From positions 1 to 60,290 of IMG/VR virus record IMGVR_UViG_3300044833_000038: DNA of 60,290 nucleotides; one strand, given 5' to 3'. Below the pieces are notes generated by a model. The model ran no database searches. It was given only the letters and a program-made list of their open reading frames with translations, and was not told the DNA's origin. This document shows, one piece after another, positions 9,805 to 20,336 of this stretch (positions within the stretch are counted from its first letter, which is position 1; each line of letters begins with the position of its first letter). This DNA comes from a virus. Lineage: Duplodnaviria; Caudoviricetes. The translations under genes and the position numbers were made by a program.

Positions 9805-11517
9805 CTACGTCACCAATCTGACGCCGACGTCATTAATCGTGGCGAGAGCCCTCTTAAGCAGATTGGCCGTGCGTTCCGCGCTCGACTGCGCTGCTTTGTT
9901 CTGCCCGCACTTCATGACGAACTGCGACGCCCCGGTGTCATCACCGGACAGGTTCATTTCCTCTATCTGATTGACGAACAGCAGATCGATTCCGGCGCTG
10001 CGCTGCAAAGCCCCCGCCGTCGAGGAAACCCGGTCGCCGATCTGGCAATGCAGACCGGGTATCAGCCAGGTCGACTCGTCGATGACCATGGTGTGACTGG
10101 TTTGGGCTTCGGTGGCCTTGAACCCGCCGCGCAACACCTCCAGTGCCGCCAGGGACCACGAGTTGCTCTCGGCGCCGCGCTGGAAGATCTCCCACAGATG
10201 CACCCAGCCCAAATCGGTTGCGCGGGTGAAGTTCTTCCACTGGTCCCAGGCGAGGATGGTGCCGACGATGAACGGCATCACTACGTCGGCAATGATGGTG
10301 CCGAGGCTGTCGAAGCCGAACAGTAGGAAGTAGCCGACCAGGTTGCCAACTGACTCGATGATCAGTTTCACGATCGCGTCGGCGGTCGGATTATCACCTC
10401 CCACGATCACTGAGGCGGCGGTGGCCGGTGAGTGGGTGACCTTGGATTGCAAGTCATTCCAGTAGGAGTCGCGCACACACACTGTTGGCGCTGAGGCGAA
10501 GGTGCCGAGGAACCCGGCCTGCCAGTACTCGTCTGGGTAGAGGCTCTCGCTGTCGGTGACGGTGGTTAGCGTGTCCTCTATGAACCCGGAACCCCAGGTG
10601 AGCACCGTGCGTTCCAGGCCGCCGATCACGGTGCCGTTGGTGAACGTTCCGCCGGGCAGGGTGAACCCGGAGCGGTCGGTTATCTCAAAGACCAGGGCAC
10701 CGTTGGCGATGTTGTTGTCCAGCAGGCCGCTCACCTGCTCGCCTTCGGCGGTGAAGTATCGGCGGTAGGTGAGGCACAGCTGCCCGTCGTCGAGTGTATC
10801 GGCGATAACGCTATCGGCCGTGTTCATCCTGGACCCGATGAACGTCCACAGCGAGGCGTCGGTCAGGAACGGTGCGGCCTTGACATGCACCTGAAAGTTG
10901 TTGAAGTCCAGGACCGACAGCGGGAACCACTGTGCGATGTCGAACGGATCGTCGGGCAGCGTCCACAAGTTGGATTCGACCCGAAATATGTTCAGCAGCA
11001 GGAAAAGTGAGCACGTCCAGACCCCTGGTCCGAAGAGGAAAAAATCGCGCGGCGCCTGGAAGATCGGGATCGGCAGCAACGGGTTCGGCGGCCCAAGAAG
11101 GAACTGCAGGAACTGCATATCGTCGTTGAAGCTGGCCGTCAGGTAGTCGACACCGTTCTTGGTTTCGACGGTCCAGTGATGCAGCAGCCCCGTCCATCTC
11201 CACTGGCCGCCGTAACGGTCAACCCGGATGACGAGGTTCTTGCACTCGTTCGGGTTGTTCGGGATCTTCATGATCAGCTTGGCCAGGAAGTGATTGGCCC
11301 GCACCGTGAAATAGCCGGACGCTGAAACGTTCTTCTTCTCCGGCCAGTCGTGCTTCACCAGGTCGTTGACGTTCAGTCGCCCGCGCGGCACCAGCCCGGT
11401 CTGGCTAGGAACATTGGAGTACAGCGAGATTTCGGTTTGCGCCCGCTGCAGGCACTTACGGCGACGCCGGATCTCGTCAGTCGCCTCCCGTGTGCGCTCG
11501 AGAGTCGCGGTGCTCAC
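9805..11517 (-). CDS. Minor tail / baseplate hub protein (L5 gp28-like)
   Basis: PNPLLPIPIFQAP, PDDPFD, GTILAW motifs; second gene after the tape measure. Confidence 0.8.
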   Translation of the reverse strand: MSTATLERTREATDEIRRRRKCLQRAQTEISLYSNVPSQTGLVPRGRLNVNDLVKHDWPEKKNVSASGYFTVRANHFLAKLIMKIPNNPNECKNLVIRVDRYGGQWRWTGLLHHWTVETKNGVDYLTASFNDDMQFLQFLLGPPNPLLPIPIFQAPRDFFLFGPGVWTCSLFLLLNIFRVESNLWTLPDDPFDIAQWFPLSVLDFNNFQVHVKAAPFLTDASLWTFIGSRMNTADSVIADTLDDGQLCLTYRRYFTAEGEQVSGLLDNNIANGALVFEITDRSGFTLPGGTFTNGTVIGGLERTVLTWGSGFIEDTLTTVTDSESLYPDEYWQAGFLGTFASAPTVCVRDSYWNDLQSKVTHSPATAASVIVGGDNPTADAIVKLIIESVGNLVGYFLLFGFDSLGTIIADVVMPFIVGTILAWDQWKNFTRATDLGWVHLWEIFQRGAESNSWSLAALEVLRGGFKATEAQTSHTMVIDESTWLIPGLHCQIGDRVSSTAGALQRSAGIDLLFVNQIEEMNLSGDDTGASQFVMKCGQNKAAQSSAERTANLLKRALATINDVGVRLVT

Positions 11518-12464
11518 ACGAGCCTCGGTGTGGAGAACGGTTCGGCGTACCAGCGGGGCAACGTCAGCGTGCAGCCGAGCCCGGCCGACACGGCGCCCAC
11601 GCAGCGCACCACACAGCCCGCATCGGGGCCGGCCGAGGCGCTGGATCCCTTACCGGGAGGGATCGGATACTCGTGCCGCAGACCCGGTGAGCGCTGTCCG
11701 GGTGTGGTCTCCCACTCCGACAGGATCCACTCCATGTCGGGGCGGCTCATCACCGTCGAGTTCTCGCCCGGCAGCAGCGTCGGGATCGGAACCGTTTTGC
11801 CGAGGTCGTTGACTCCGCGGCCGTAAGCTTCGTTGCCGAACGAGTAGTCGGGCAGCGTCCAGGTTGCCCCGCCGTCGACATCCCATTCGGGCCAGATGTC
11901 GATGGAGGCGGGGTTGAAATACGGCAGGTTGAACCAAAAGTTGCCCGATGCCGGTGTCTCCCACGAATAGGACTGGGAGGCGCCGACGTAGAACGGAAGT
12001 TCGCAGCCCACCGTCTGCACGATCGACGCGTACGGAAACAGCCTGGGGTCGCGGCCCTCGAAGTTCTGCGACGTCATCGACTGGGGCGCCTGCAGCTGCC
12101 GTATCCCTAACCTGCGGTCCCCGTCTGGGCTGCTGTACACCACCTGCGCCTCTTGCGCCGGGGAGAACAGGTTGCGGTAGCGGGAGTAGACGTTTGACCA
12201 CAGGTCGGAGTCCTCGTCGATGACGAGCCCGGTGTCGGGGTTGAGCACATGGGTTGTCCAGACGACGTCGCGGCGTTTGGGCTTCCAGGATTGGAAGAAC
12301 TGCCCGAACGGTCCGATGCCCCAGTTGGATTGGAACGGCATATCGAACAGGCCGGTCGACTTGGGGGCGAGGAATGGGCCCCACGAGTATTCGGCGGGTT
12401 GGATGATGCAGTGATCGCCGTTGACGCCTTCGATGGCGATCATGTTCCCTTGGCGCAGGTACAT
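11514..12464 (-). CDS. Distal tail protein
   Basis: First gene after the tape measure; IEGVNG, WTLPDYSF, LPRWYAEPF. Confidence 0.8.
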   Translation of the reverse strand: MYLRQGNMIAIEGVNGDHCIIQPAEYSWGPFLAPKSTGLFDMPFQSNWGIGPFGQFFQSWKPKRRDVVWTTHVLNPDTGLVIDEDSDLWSNVYSRYRNLFSPAQEAQVVYSSPDGDRRLGIRQLQAPQSMTSQNFEGRDPRLFPYASIVQTVGCELPFYVGASQSYSWETPASGNFWFNLPYFNPASIDIWPEWDVDGGATWTLPDYSFGNEAYGRGVNDLGKTVPIPTLLPGENSTVMSRPDMEWILSEWETTPGQRSPGLRHEYPIPPGKGSSASAGPDAGCVVRCVGAVSAGLGCTLTLPRWYAEPFSTPRLV

Positions 12465-15400
12465 CAGCCGCGGCTCGTGGCAAGCAGGGCTTGCTGGTCC
12501 TGGGCATCCTTCAAGCGCAGTTCGTCGACCACCTTTTCGGACTCGATGCCGTTGAAGATGTAGTTGTTGCCCAGCGGCGCGGTGTGCGGCGTCATTTGGG
12601 GCGGCCGGAGCGTCGCCCCGCCTGCGGGCAGGTTCGGGTCGCCGAAGGAGCCGGGGACCGAGCCGACGAGCATGGAGGCGCCCACATTGGCGAAGCCGGT
12701 GGCGATCTTGCCCAACTGTGCGAATCCGCCCTGGATTAGGCCGCCACCACCGCCCGCACCACCACTAAGCGCGCCCGCGATGGCGCTGACTGCGTTACCG
12801 GCTGCGGCGAACCCGGATTGGATGCCGGTCGACACCGCAGGCAGCAGGTGATCGTCAGATGTCGCTCCGGCTCCGATGGGCGCCGGCCCGCCGGTGGGCG
12901 CGACCTGCGCGGGCGGCGGAGGAGCTGCTTGCGGTTCCTGCTGCGCGGGTGTCGGCGCGACCTGAGCCGGGGCCGGTGGTGGCTGCATCAGATGCGCGTC
13001 TGGGACCTGCGGGCGCGGCTGCTTCTGCTGCGCCACCGCGGCCTGCGCCAACTGGATATGAGCCTTGGACTCATCGGGTGTGAGAACGGCTTCAGGCTTC
13101 TTTGTTAAGTTCAGGGAGAGCTCATCCGGCATATGCCAGCCGCCGACGTCATGGACCGTCGCGGGCGCAGCCGGTGGTTTCCACCTGGTCGTTGCCGGAT
13201 CCCACGTCCAATCCTTGCCGCCCTGATATGGCGGATTGGCGTACTCACCGGCGGCGTCCGGGGTTCCAGCGCCGAGAAACGCGCTTGGTTGTAGTGACGT
13301 CGGCGGCACATCGGACGGCTTGAACGGCTGCTGCGCATCCTGGCCCGGCACCGAGACGTTGGCCGGTGCCGATGCGGCGGCGGGGAAATACGCCCAGTTG
13401 GTGAACTGCTTGGAGCGATACCCGGACGCGTTGGGGCCGACGACGATCGGGGCGCCCGGCGTCGATGACTCGAAGTTGTTGCCGTTGGGCAGTGTTCCGG
13501 CAGTGTGGCTGGCATTCCATCCGATGGCGAGCACGCCGGGCGGTATCTGGCTTGGGTCGGTGACGATGACCGCACCCTTGGCGGCCAGCCACGGTCCTTC
13601 GGTGGGTGTCGCCGTCCGGTTGGTGGACCCGGGGTTTCCGGTGTAGGCGTTGACAACCCAGGACACGAGCCCGGAGCAGTCGGTGCCGTCTGGGCCGATG
13701 TGACCGCCCGCGATGTAGGGCTTGCCCGCAAGCTGGTTGGCGGCGTTGATCGCGGCCTGAGATCCCGGCCCGGAAGGCGCCACGGCGCGGGGAGCGCCGG
13801 GGACGCCGGGGACGCCGGTTGACGTCCCGAACGTCGGGATCTGAACCGTCGACCCATCGCCGAGCGTGATGGTTTGCGTTCCGAGCGCCGGTGTGCCGCC
13901 CGGAGTTCCGCCCAGCCCGAGGGCGCCCAGGCCCCCGAGACTCTTCGTCGCGTCCTGGAACCACGGATTGCTTGGCGAGAGGATCGAATTACCGAGCCCG
14001 AAGAAACCGAGGATGCCGGTGTAGAACGCTGAGCCGAGCCCGGCGAGGAGTTGGCCGCCCCAGTTGCCTAGATAGCTGGCGGTTTGAGATTGCCAGGCGG
14101 CCTGTGCGTTCGGGTTGTTCCCGGCTTGCGCGAGCCCGGCCAGCCCGGGGGTGAGCCCTGCTGCGCCCGGTGTGGCGCCTGGTATTCCGCCGAGGCCGGG
14201 GATTGAGCTGAGACCGGGGATGCCGCTCCCATTAACCGCGCCGGAAACCAGGCCACTCAGCGGACCCTGCAACCCTCCAATAGCCGTCTGAATCGCCGGA
14301 AGCGCCCCGCCACCTGACGGGTTGGGGGCGATCGGGGCCGATGGGTCTGGCATCGGTGTCGACGGACCTAGGAGCATGCCTGGGTCGACGGGGTTGCCGA
14401 ACTGGTCGATGACAGCGCCGCCCGCGAACCCATTGAGCGCGTGAATGGCTGCGGGGCCGATCTTGCGGACGACCTCCGGCCGGATGATTCCCTCACCGCC
14501 AGCCAGCTTGATCGCATTGCCGTTGACCACCCCCAGCAGGTTGTCCTTACCGGGCGAATAGCCGGGAAGCACACCACCAGTAGTGAAGCCGGGCGGTGTC
14601 AACAGGCCGTGCGTCGGATCTTGCGCGGGTGGTGGTGCGCCCGTCGCAATCGCTGCGTTGTACCGCTTGATCAACTCGTCGCGGGGCATCTTCCGCAGGT
14701 CGCCGACGCTAACGCCAAGGGCATCCGCTATCGGCTTCAGGTTGTCATCATTCAGCTGCGGAATGGCCTGCAGCAGTGTCTGTAAGTCCTTTTGGGCTTG
14801 CGGCAGGTTCGATGGCGATACGCCCGGCTCGGCTGCGAACGCCCCCGCGGCAGCGCCCGCAGGGCCGCCGGTGACTGCTCCGACAGCCGCCCCGGCGACA
14901 ACGGAGGCCACGTCCTTTGGCGGTAAGACTGGTACTTGCCCGAAGGGTGTTGCCTGCCCAGCCGGAAGTTGCCCCGTGGGGACTTGACCCGATGGCAGAC
15001 CCTGATCCGAGGGGGGAGCACCGGGCGGGGCAGGCGGGGTGCTGCTGTCGTCGAGCAGCGCGTTAAGTGCGACCCCGGCGATCGAGATCAGCCCGATCTT
15101 GCCAAGTATTCCCTTCCCGCCCTTGCCGCCCTTACCTGTTCCGGCGATGCCAAGCAGACCCGAGATCTTCTCCAGATCACCGATCAGGCTGGAGACACCG
15201 GCTATGGTCTTCCACGCGGCGAATGCAATAACAATGTCCTGGATCAGCTTCGGATGCTCGCCGAGGAACTTGCTGATATCCCGCAACGGTGGCACAACAA
15301 CATCCGCGATCTGAGTACCGGCGTCGACGATGCCCTTGAACAACCCGGGCAGGGCTTGCAGCAGCGGGATGATGTGGTTGTTGATCTCATCGCGGCCCTC

Positions 15401-17110
15401 GGCGAACCACTGCTTGAGCTTGTTCTGCCCCTCCGTCGACGACAGGAACTCGTGCAGCTTCCCAGTCGCCTTCTCGATCGTCCCCCACAAGCCCTCGCCA
15501 CCGCCCGCAGCCCTCGTGATATCAGTGAACGACTTACCGAGGTTCAGCAGAATGTTGCCGACCTGCTCGAAACCGGTGATGCCGTCGTTGATCCACTTAT
15601 CCAGACGCCCGTCCTTGTCGGCGGCGGAGATGAACTTGTCGAACCGGTCAGCCAGCTTGTCGAAGTCATCAACCAAACGCGGCAACGTGTTCGAGCCTGC
15701 AGCCGAGAGCACCCCGAGCACGTGCACTATCGGATCGACAGCGGCCTTCAAACGGTTCTGCGCGTCGGCCGTGTTCCCGAGAATATGATCCAGGAAGCCC
15801 TTCGATGAGTCCGAAGACAGCGACATGCCGAGCTGCTTCAGAATCCCATTCCAGGCGGTGGCGATGTTGCCCATACCGGTCTTCAAGTTCGGCAGATCCG
15901 CCGCCACAAGGCTTTTGATCGACTGCGACACACCCGCAAGCAGGTTGTCTTGGATGCTGCCCTGGAAAGCCTGGAACTGCGGCCGCAACTCAGCCAGCGT
16001 CTTGACGAGTTCCTGCCCGTTGGCCGAGAGCTGCGACAGCGCGAACGCCGCCGCGCGCTGCGACGTAGAACCCTGCGCCTGCTGATCGAGTGCGGCCTGC
16101 GTCGACTGCACCGTCTCCAACGACCGCGTCACCCGCTGATTAGCTGCCACCACCAAGTCGGAATTCGTGACGCCCTTAGCGTTTTCGTCGTTGGCTTTGG
16201 CCTGCAACTCGATGTTGCGCTGATGCGCATCGGCAACCGACTGGTCGGCCGACTGAATATCAAGCAACCGCCCCTGCAAGTCGATCTGGTCCTTGATCTG
16301 CCCGGTCGCCAAATCCTTCTGCAGATCGCGGCGCTGACGCAGCGCATTGTTGGCCGCCTGCGCCTCAGAGATCTGCCCGCCCCGCAACTGCAGGTTCAGA
16401 TCCTCCAGCTGCTGGGTGGCGTCGCGCACCGCGCGGGAACGATCCTTCTCCGCCTGCGCCTCATCGACGACGGCGTTGCGGTGAGCATTGTTGGCGGCGA
16501 TAGCTTGCTGGGCGTTCTGCGCCTGATTCTGCGCCGAATCCTGCGAGGCCTTCGTGACCGCCGTGTACGCATCACTGATGCCCGAGAGCCCCAGCACGAG
16601 TGTGCCGACCGACGCCCCGATACCAGCCAGAATGCCCGGAACCGCCAGCCCCGCACCGGCCAGCTGCTGCAACGCGCCCGCGAACTGCGCGACCGCCGTC
16701 GTCGCCGCCGGAAGCTCCCCAACCAAAGCGAGCGCACCACCGAACTGCAGCGCGTTACCGCCCGGTCCGGCCGGCAGATCACCCAGCTTCTTCAGGAACT
16801 TATCGAGGTCCGACGTATCAGTCTTCGTCTTCACCTTGACAGTGACGTCGTTGCTCTCCTGGCGGGCGCGGAACGCATCCATATCCGCCTTGGCCCTCGC
16901 GAGCGCCATGTCGACGCCGATACCAATCCCGTGGCGCTGCTGCTCTTCTCGGAAACGGTCAATATCCGCACGCGCCTGCGCAAAGTCGGCAGTGACATGC
17001 AACGCGTACTCGGCGCGGATCTTCTTCATCTCCGCTTCGAGCTTGGCCTTGAACGAGGAGAGGTCGGGTATAACGGTGAGCCTGGCGCTACCGGCGTCGA
17101 AGGTTGCGAT
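12464..17110 (-). CDS. Tape measure protein with C-terminal NlpC/P60-like peptidase
   Basis: >1500 aa, Ala/Gln-rich helical; GKPYIAGG..DCSGLVSWV..HTA; probable ATC start at 17110 (first ATG at 17029). Confidence 0.9.
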   Translation of the reverse strand: MATFDAGSARLTVIPDLSSFKAKLEAEMKKIRAEYALHVTADFAQARADIDRFREEQQRHGIGIGVDMALARAKADMDAFRARQESNDVTVKVKTKTDTSDLDKFLKKLGDLPAGPGGNALQFGGALALVGELPAATTAVAQFAGALQQLAGAGLAVPGILAGIGASVGTLVLGLSGISDAYTAVTKASQDSAQNQAQNAQQAIAANNAHRNAVVDEAQAEKDRSRAVRDATQQLEDLNLQLRGGQISEAQAANNALRQRRDLQKDLATGQIKDQIDLQGRLLDIQSADQSVADAHQRNIELQAKANDENAKGVTNSDLVVAANQRVTRSLETVQSTQAALDQQAQGSTSQRAAAFALSQLSANGQELVKTLAELRPQFQAFQGSIQDNLLAGVSQSIKSLVAADLPNLKTGMGNIATAWNGILKQLGMSLSSDSSKGFLDHILGNTADAQNRLKAAVDPIVHVLGVLSAAGSNTLPRLVDDFDKLADRFDKFISAADKDGRLDKWINDGITGFEQVGNILLNLGKSFTDITRAAGGGEGLWGTIEKATGKLHEFLSSTEGQNKLKQWFAEGRDEINNHIIPLLQALPGLFKGIVDAGTQIADVVVPPLRDISKFLGEHPKLIQDIVIAFAAWKTIAGVSSLIGDLEKISGLLGIAGTGKGGKGGKGILGKIGLISIAGVALNALLDDSSTPPAPPGAPPSDQGLPSGQVPTGQLPAGQATPFGQVPVLPPKDVASVVAGAAVGAVTGGPAGAAAGAFAAEPGVSPSNLPQAQKDLQTLLQAIPQLNDDNLKPIADALGVSVGDLRKMPRDELIKRYNAAIATGAPPPAQDPTHGLLTPPGFTTGGVLPGYSPGKDNLLGVVNGNAIKLAGGEGIIRPEVVRKIGPAAIHALNGFAGGAVIDQFGNPVDPGMLLGPSTPMPDPSAPIAPNPSGGGALPAIQTAIGGLQGPLSGLVSGAVNGSGIPGLSSIPGLGGIPGATPGAAGLTPGLAGLAQAGNNPNAQAAWQSQTASYLGNWGGQLLAGLGSAFYTGILGFFGLGNSILSPSNPWFQDATKSLGGLGALGLGGTPGGTPALGTQTITLGDGSTVQIPTFGTSTGVPGVPGAPRAVAPSGPGSQAAINAANQLAGKPYIAGGHIGPDGTDCSGLVSWVVNAYTGNPGSTNRTATPTEGPWLAAKGAVIVTDPSQIPPGVLAIGWNASHTAGTLPNGNNFESSTPGAPIVVGPNASGYRSKQFTNWAYFPAAASAPANVSVPGQDAQQPFKPSDVPPTSLQPSAFLGAGTPDAAGEYANPPYQGGKDWTWDPATTRWKPPAAPATVHDVGGWHMPDELSLNLTKKPEAVLTPDESKAHIQLAQAAVAQQKQPRPQVPDAHLMQPPPAPAQVAPTPAQQEPQAAPPPPAQVAPTGGPAPIGAGATSDDHLLPAVSTGIQSGFAAAGNAVSAIAGALSGGAGGGGGLIQGGFAQLGKIATGFANVGASMLVGSVPGSFGDPNLPAGGATLRPPQMTPHTAPLGNNYIFNGIESEKVVDELRLKDAQDQQALLATSRG

Positions 17111-17139
17111 TTCAGCTCACCTCCCTGTTGTCGTCGTTG

Positions 17140-17562
17140 TCATAGCCCGAGCTCATCGAGACGCTGATCGCTGAGCGCCTTCTTGCGTTCCTTGATCCGG
17201 TCCATCGGCGACGCAGGACCGTCCAAGAGGGACATCTGCATATAGGCGCGGATCGTGTTGTGGATCTGCCGAAGCTCCGAGAGATACGAGTCGAAGCCCG
17301 CCATCCGCGGCCGACTCCGCTTGGAGCGCATCGCCTTCTCATGGAGCTGCTCCCACTCCGCTAGATGCCGGTCATCGAGCGCTTGGGCTTCCTGCAGCCA
17401 GGAGCCCTCGGTGTTGGAGAACATGTCGCAGTAGTTGTAAAACTGGTCCCACGGCTTGAGTCCGCGTATCCAGTCGCGGGCATCGAACCCGCGGCTGGCG
17501 AAGTCTTTTTCTAGGGCGTCCCAGTAGTTGTTGATGAAGTCGAGGACGCGGGCGGTTTTCCC
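17140..17562 (-). CDS. Tail assembly chaperone, frameshifted C-terminal part (gpGT-like)
   Basis: The -1 frame reads GKTARVLDFINNYWDALEKDF after the slippery site. Confidence 0.85.
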   Translation of the reverse strand, partial: GKTARVLDFINNYWDALEKDFASRGFDARDWIRGLKPWDQFYNYCDMFSNTEGSWLQEAQALDDRHLAEWEQLHEKAMRSKRSRPRMAGFDSYLSELRQIHNTIRAYMQMSLLDGPASPMDRIKERKKALSDQRLDELGL

Positions 17563-18137
17563 GCTTCTTCCTGGTCCTCCACATTCCCGCACGTCGGGCA
17601 CACGCCGCCGGTGGGCATGGCGGGCAGGAAATCGGCCTTGATGTCGGTCACGAACGCGTCCCACAGCTTCTGCGGCTGGTGCTCGAAGTAGGCCATCACG
17701 TCGTCGTGCGCGTCGCCGAAGAACGCTTTGTTGTAGGCGGCTTCGGCGTCGGTGATGTTCTGCGACAACGCCTGCATGACTTCCTCGTTGTTCTTGATCG
17801 AGGCTTCCCAGGCCGCGACCGCGTCGGCGTGGGCCGCTGCCTCTTCCTCGCTGGCGTCCGGTCCCGGCGGGATGGGCGCGGTGTTGGACTGCCGCATCGC
17901 CTCACTCAGCAGCGTCTGGTAGACGAGGATCGACATGTGCGCCTCACGCAAAGCGGTGCCGCGCTTCTTCGTCAACGGTGCCACCGAAATCCGGTCCGTC
18001 ACCGGATAGGCGTCGGGGACCTTCGAGTCGATCGACAGCTTCATCAACCGCTCCGAGGGGACCCCGAACGACGCGATATCGGCGACCGGAGCGCTCGGGA
18101 TCATTGGTGCGGCCGACTTCTTCTTGGCTGCAGGCAT
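17511..18137 (-). CDS. Tail assembly chaperone (gpG-like)
   Basis: Lies between major tail and tape measure; slippery heptamer near the 3' end. Confidence 0.85.
   Translation of the reverse strand: MPAAKKKSAAPMIPSAPVADIASFGVPSERLMKLSIDSKVPDAYPVTDRISVAPLTKKRGTALREAHMSILVYQTLLSEAMRQSNTAPIPPGPDASEEEAAAHADAVAAWEASIKNNEEVMQALSQNITDAEAAYNKAFFGDAHDDVMAYFEHQPQKLWDAFVTDIKADFLPAMPTGGVCPTCGNVEDQEEAGKPPASSTSSTTTGTP
17556..17562 (-). other. Programmed -1 frameshift site G GGA AAA
   Basis: X XXY YYZ heptamer in frame at ..GCG GGA AAA CCG. Confidence 0.85.
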
Positions 18138-18166
18138 TGCGCGGACCTTTCAGAGACATGGAGGCA

Positions 18167-18213
18167 CCCCGCCACGCTCCTACCTCGGGGAAGTAGGCAG
18201 CAGCGTGGCGGGG
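18167..18213 (-). terminator. GC-rich hairpin after the major tail gene
   Basis: CCCCGCCACGCT...AGCGTGGCGGGG inverted repeat; no clear U-tract. Confidence 0.45.
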
Positions 18214-18223
18214 CGTGGGGGGT

Positions 18224-19153
18224 TTACGTGATCGAGCAGACGCAGGGCGGCGACGTGAACGCACCATAGGTTGCAGTGACGTTGATGCCCGTACCCGTCG
18301 CCACAGCGGTCATCAGACCGGTCGCCGACACCGTCACCTTCGTCACATCCGACGACAGGTAGGTGGCTGTCGCGGTGCGATCCACACCGTTCGAATCGGT
18401 CACCGTCAGCTGCTGGGTGTGATTCGCGCCCACGGCCACCGTCAGCGCCTTCGTCGTCGGAGCGATTGTCGTCGCGGTACTCGCCTGATACAGGCTGCCA
18501 TCCGAAGTCGCCGCCACCAGATCCTGCAGACCTGCGCCGCACATACCGAAGATCACCGGCACACCCACCGACGGATCAGTCAGGAACCCGAGCGACACAG
18601 GGTGATTCAACGTGTCGGAGTCCAGAACGTTGATGTCCTGACGGTCTGACACTAGCGACTTGTTCGCGATCCAGTAGAAGAACACATCCTTGGCGTTGTA
18701 CGTGGTCTGCGCCAACACGACGGTGCGCCACTGCGACATCGCCGGAAGCTCCGGCAACCCGATCGTGAAACCACCCTTGCTCGACACCGTCGAGATCGCC
18801 GACGGGGTAAACCCCCACGCCAACTGAAGGTTCAGCAGGTTCAGCTGCTGCGGATCGTAGGTGATGCCCTTCTCCGCCTCCGACGGAATGTAGGCGGTCG
18901 GTGAACCACGTCCCGCCGACATGATCTTGTTGATCGTCGGCTTGTTCGACAGCTTGACGCCGGCCTTCTTCTCATAGTTGCCGACATACGCGAACTTGGT
19001 GCCCGCGCCGATCTTCGTCCGATCGATACCGCCGGCGGCCGGATCCTCCAGAGTGAGCAGCGGAGTAGTGCCGCTGAACGGCGCGTGGTAGACGCGGCTG
19101 TCGGCCGCCCACAGCTCGAGGTCAGGCTGAGCGAAGTCGAATGCAATGGCCAT
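18224..19153 (-). CDS. Major tail protein with C-terminal Ig-like (Big_2) domain
   Basis: Position; TYLSSDVTKVTVSATGLMTAVATG Ig motif. Confidence 0.85.
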   Translation of the reverse strand: MAIAFDFAQPDLELWAADSRVYHAPFSGTTPLLTLEDPAAGGIDRTKIGAGTKFAYVGNYEKKAGVKLSNKPTINKIMSAGRGSPTAYIPSEAEKGITYDPQQLNLLNLQLAWGFTPSAISTVSSKGGFTIGLPELPAMSQWRTVVLAQTTYNAKDVFFYWIANKSLVSDRQDINVLDSDTLNHPVSLGFLTDPSVGVPVIFGMCGAGLQDLVAATSDGSLYQASTATTIAPTTKALTVAVGANHTQQLTVTDSNGVDRTATATYLSSDVTKVTVSATGLMTAVATGTGINVTATYGAFTSPPCVCSIT

Positions 19154-19170
19154 GATTTGTTGCCTTCCGA

Positions 19171-19650
19171 TTAGAGGCCGAGAGCCTCGTGATAGTTACC
19201 GAGTCCTCCGGGCTTCCGGGTGAGAAGCGTGAAGGTCACCGGGACGATCCTTTCGTCCCTCATTTCCGCGCGGGTCAGCTGCGGGCCGAGAATCTCACCG
19301 AGACAACCCAATTGGTTATTCGTCCCCGGCACGACGGCCTCAGACTCTTCAAACTTCGAGAGCACCTGGCGGATGAACTCGATCAGCTTCCACGACTCGT
19401 CACGCGACTTGGTCAATGCCACGAACTGCACGTTAGGTTCGTCGCGTTTCTGGTCGTGGTTGATCTTGCCGCCGGTGCGGTAGATCGACAGATACCCGCC
19501 GCCCGCAGCAAGCGTGGTTTCGATATCGGCCTCAGCGGGCCACCAATGCACCGGTGTGACACCGGTAATCAGTGGGGTGAACAGGGTTTCGACCAGCACC
19601 TCGACGTCTGGGTAGCCGCCCTTGTACCAGGCCGGGTAGGTGATGGCCAT
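19171..19650 (-). CDS. Tail terminator
   Basis: PAWYKGGYPDVE and IYRTGG; directly upstream of the major tail gene. Confidence 0.75.
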   Translation of the reverse strand: MAITYPAWYKGGYPDVEVLVETLFTPLITGVTPVHWWPAEADIETTLAAGGGYLSIYRTGGKINHDQKRDEPNVQFVALTKSRDESWKLIEFIRQVLSKFEESEAVVPGTNNQLGCLGEILGPQLTRAEMRDERIVPVTFTLLTRKPGGLGNYHEALGL

Positions 19651-20009
19651 CAGAACGCGTGCAGTTCCTCAAGCACCCGCTGCAGATCATCAGCCGCCGG
19701 GTCGACGCGCTGCTCGCCATCGAGGTTATGCACCGACGCTGGGTGATCGCCGACCCCAAACTCGTGCGCCAACCCGTAATCCACACCGCGGCCACCGACG
19801 AGCAGCACCCCGATGTGTCGGTCCGAACGTGCCCCGCCAATCTCCGTGGTGGCGTGCGCCGAAGCCGCCAGAGCCCCGGTGCGTTTGGCCACCGTGGCCT
19901 GATACAGCAGCATCGCCATGTTGGCGCGCTCCTCAACCGCACGGCGGCAGTCGCTGCTCAGCAACCACTCACCGAGCCCCTTATTGGGCTCGGGAATGTC
20001 GACTTCCAC
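19650..20009 (-). CDS. Neck protein (HK97 gp10-like)
   Basis: KRTGALAAS..YGLAHEFG. Confidence 0.7.
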   Translation of the reverse strand: MEVDIPEPNKGLGEWLLSSDCRRAVEERANMAMLLYQATVAKRTGALAASAHATTEIGGARSDRHIGVLLVGGRGVDYGLAHEFGVGDHPASVHNLDGEQRVDPAADDLQRVLEELHAF

Positions 20010-20011
20010 AG

Positions 20012-20332
20012 CTAGCCGCCCTTGCGGATCTGGTAACGGACCCAGCCGAAATCGGTGCCGGTGATGGCGTTACCGCGGTTCATGCCGGGACCGCCGATGA
20101 CGCCGAATGTTCCCTCTGCCAGTGGTATTTCGTCGCCGTCCTGCAGATCGGCACCTTCACGGACTCGGATTCGACCGTTCTGAATCCAGCGTTTGCCGCG
20201 CTCGTCGACCCGCTGAGGCGCATCGAGGAACACGTGCACATCGATCGGTGCAAGATTGGTTCGGATGTTGTTGGCCTCGTCGACGACCCGCGTCGGGGTG
20301 ACCGTCTGAAAGTTGATGACGGACAGCGGCAT
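20012..20332 (-). CDS. Head-to-tail stopper
   Basis: Synteny; GADLQDGDEI; start trimmed to MPLSV. Confidence 0.6.
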   Translation of the reverse strand: MPLSVINFQTVTPTRVVDEANNIRTNLAPIDVHVFLDAPQRVDERGKRWIQNGRIRVREGADLQDGDEIPLAEGTFGVIGGPGMNRGNAITGTDFGWVRYQIRKGG

Positions 20333-20336
20333 TCGA

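Noticed and set aside
15950-17167. Other long antisense ORFs (also 7314-8480, 21496-22575, 27106-27990, 14936-15808)
   Set aside because: They are high-GC shadows of real genes with no recognisable domain motifs, unlike 23907-24806.
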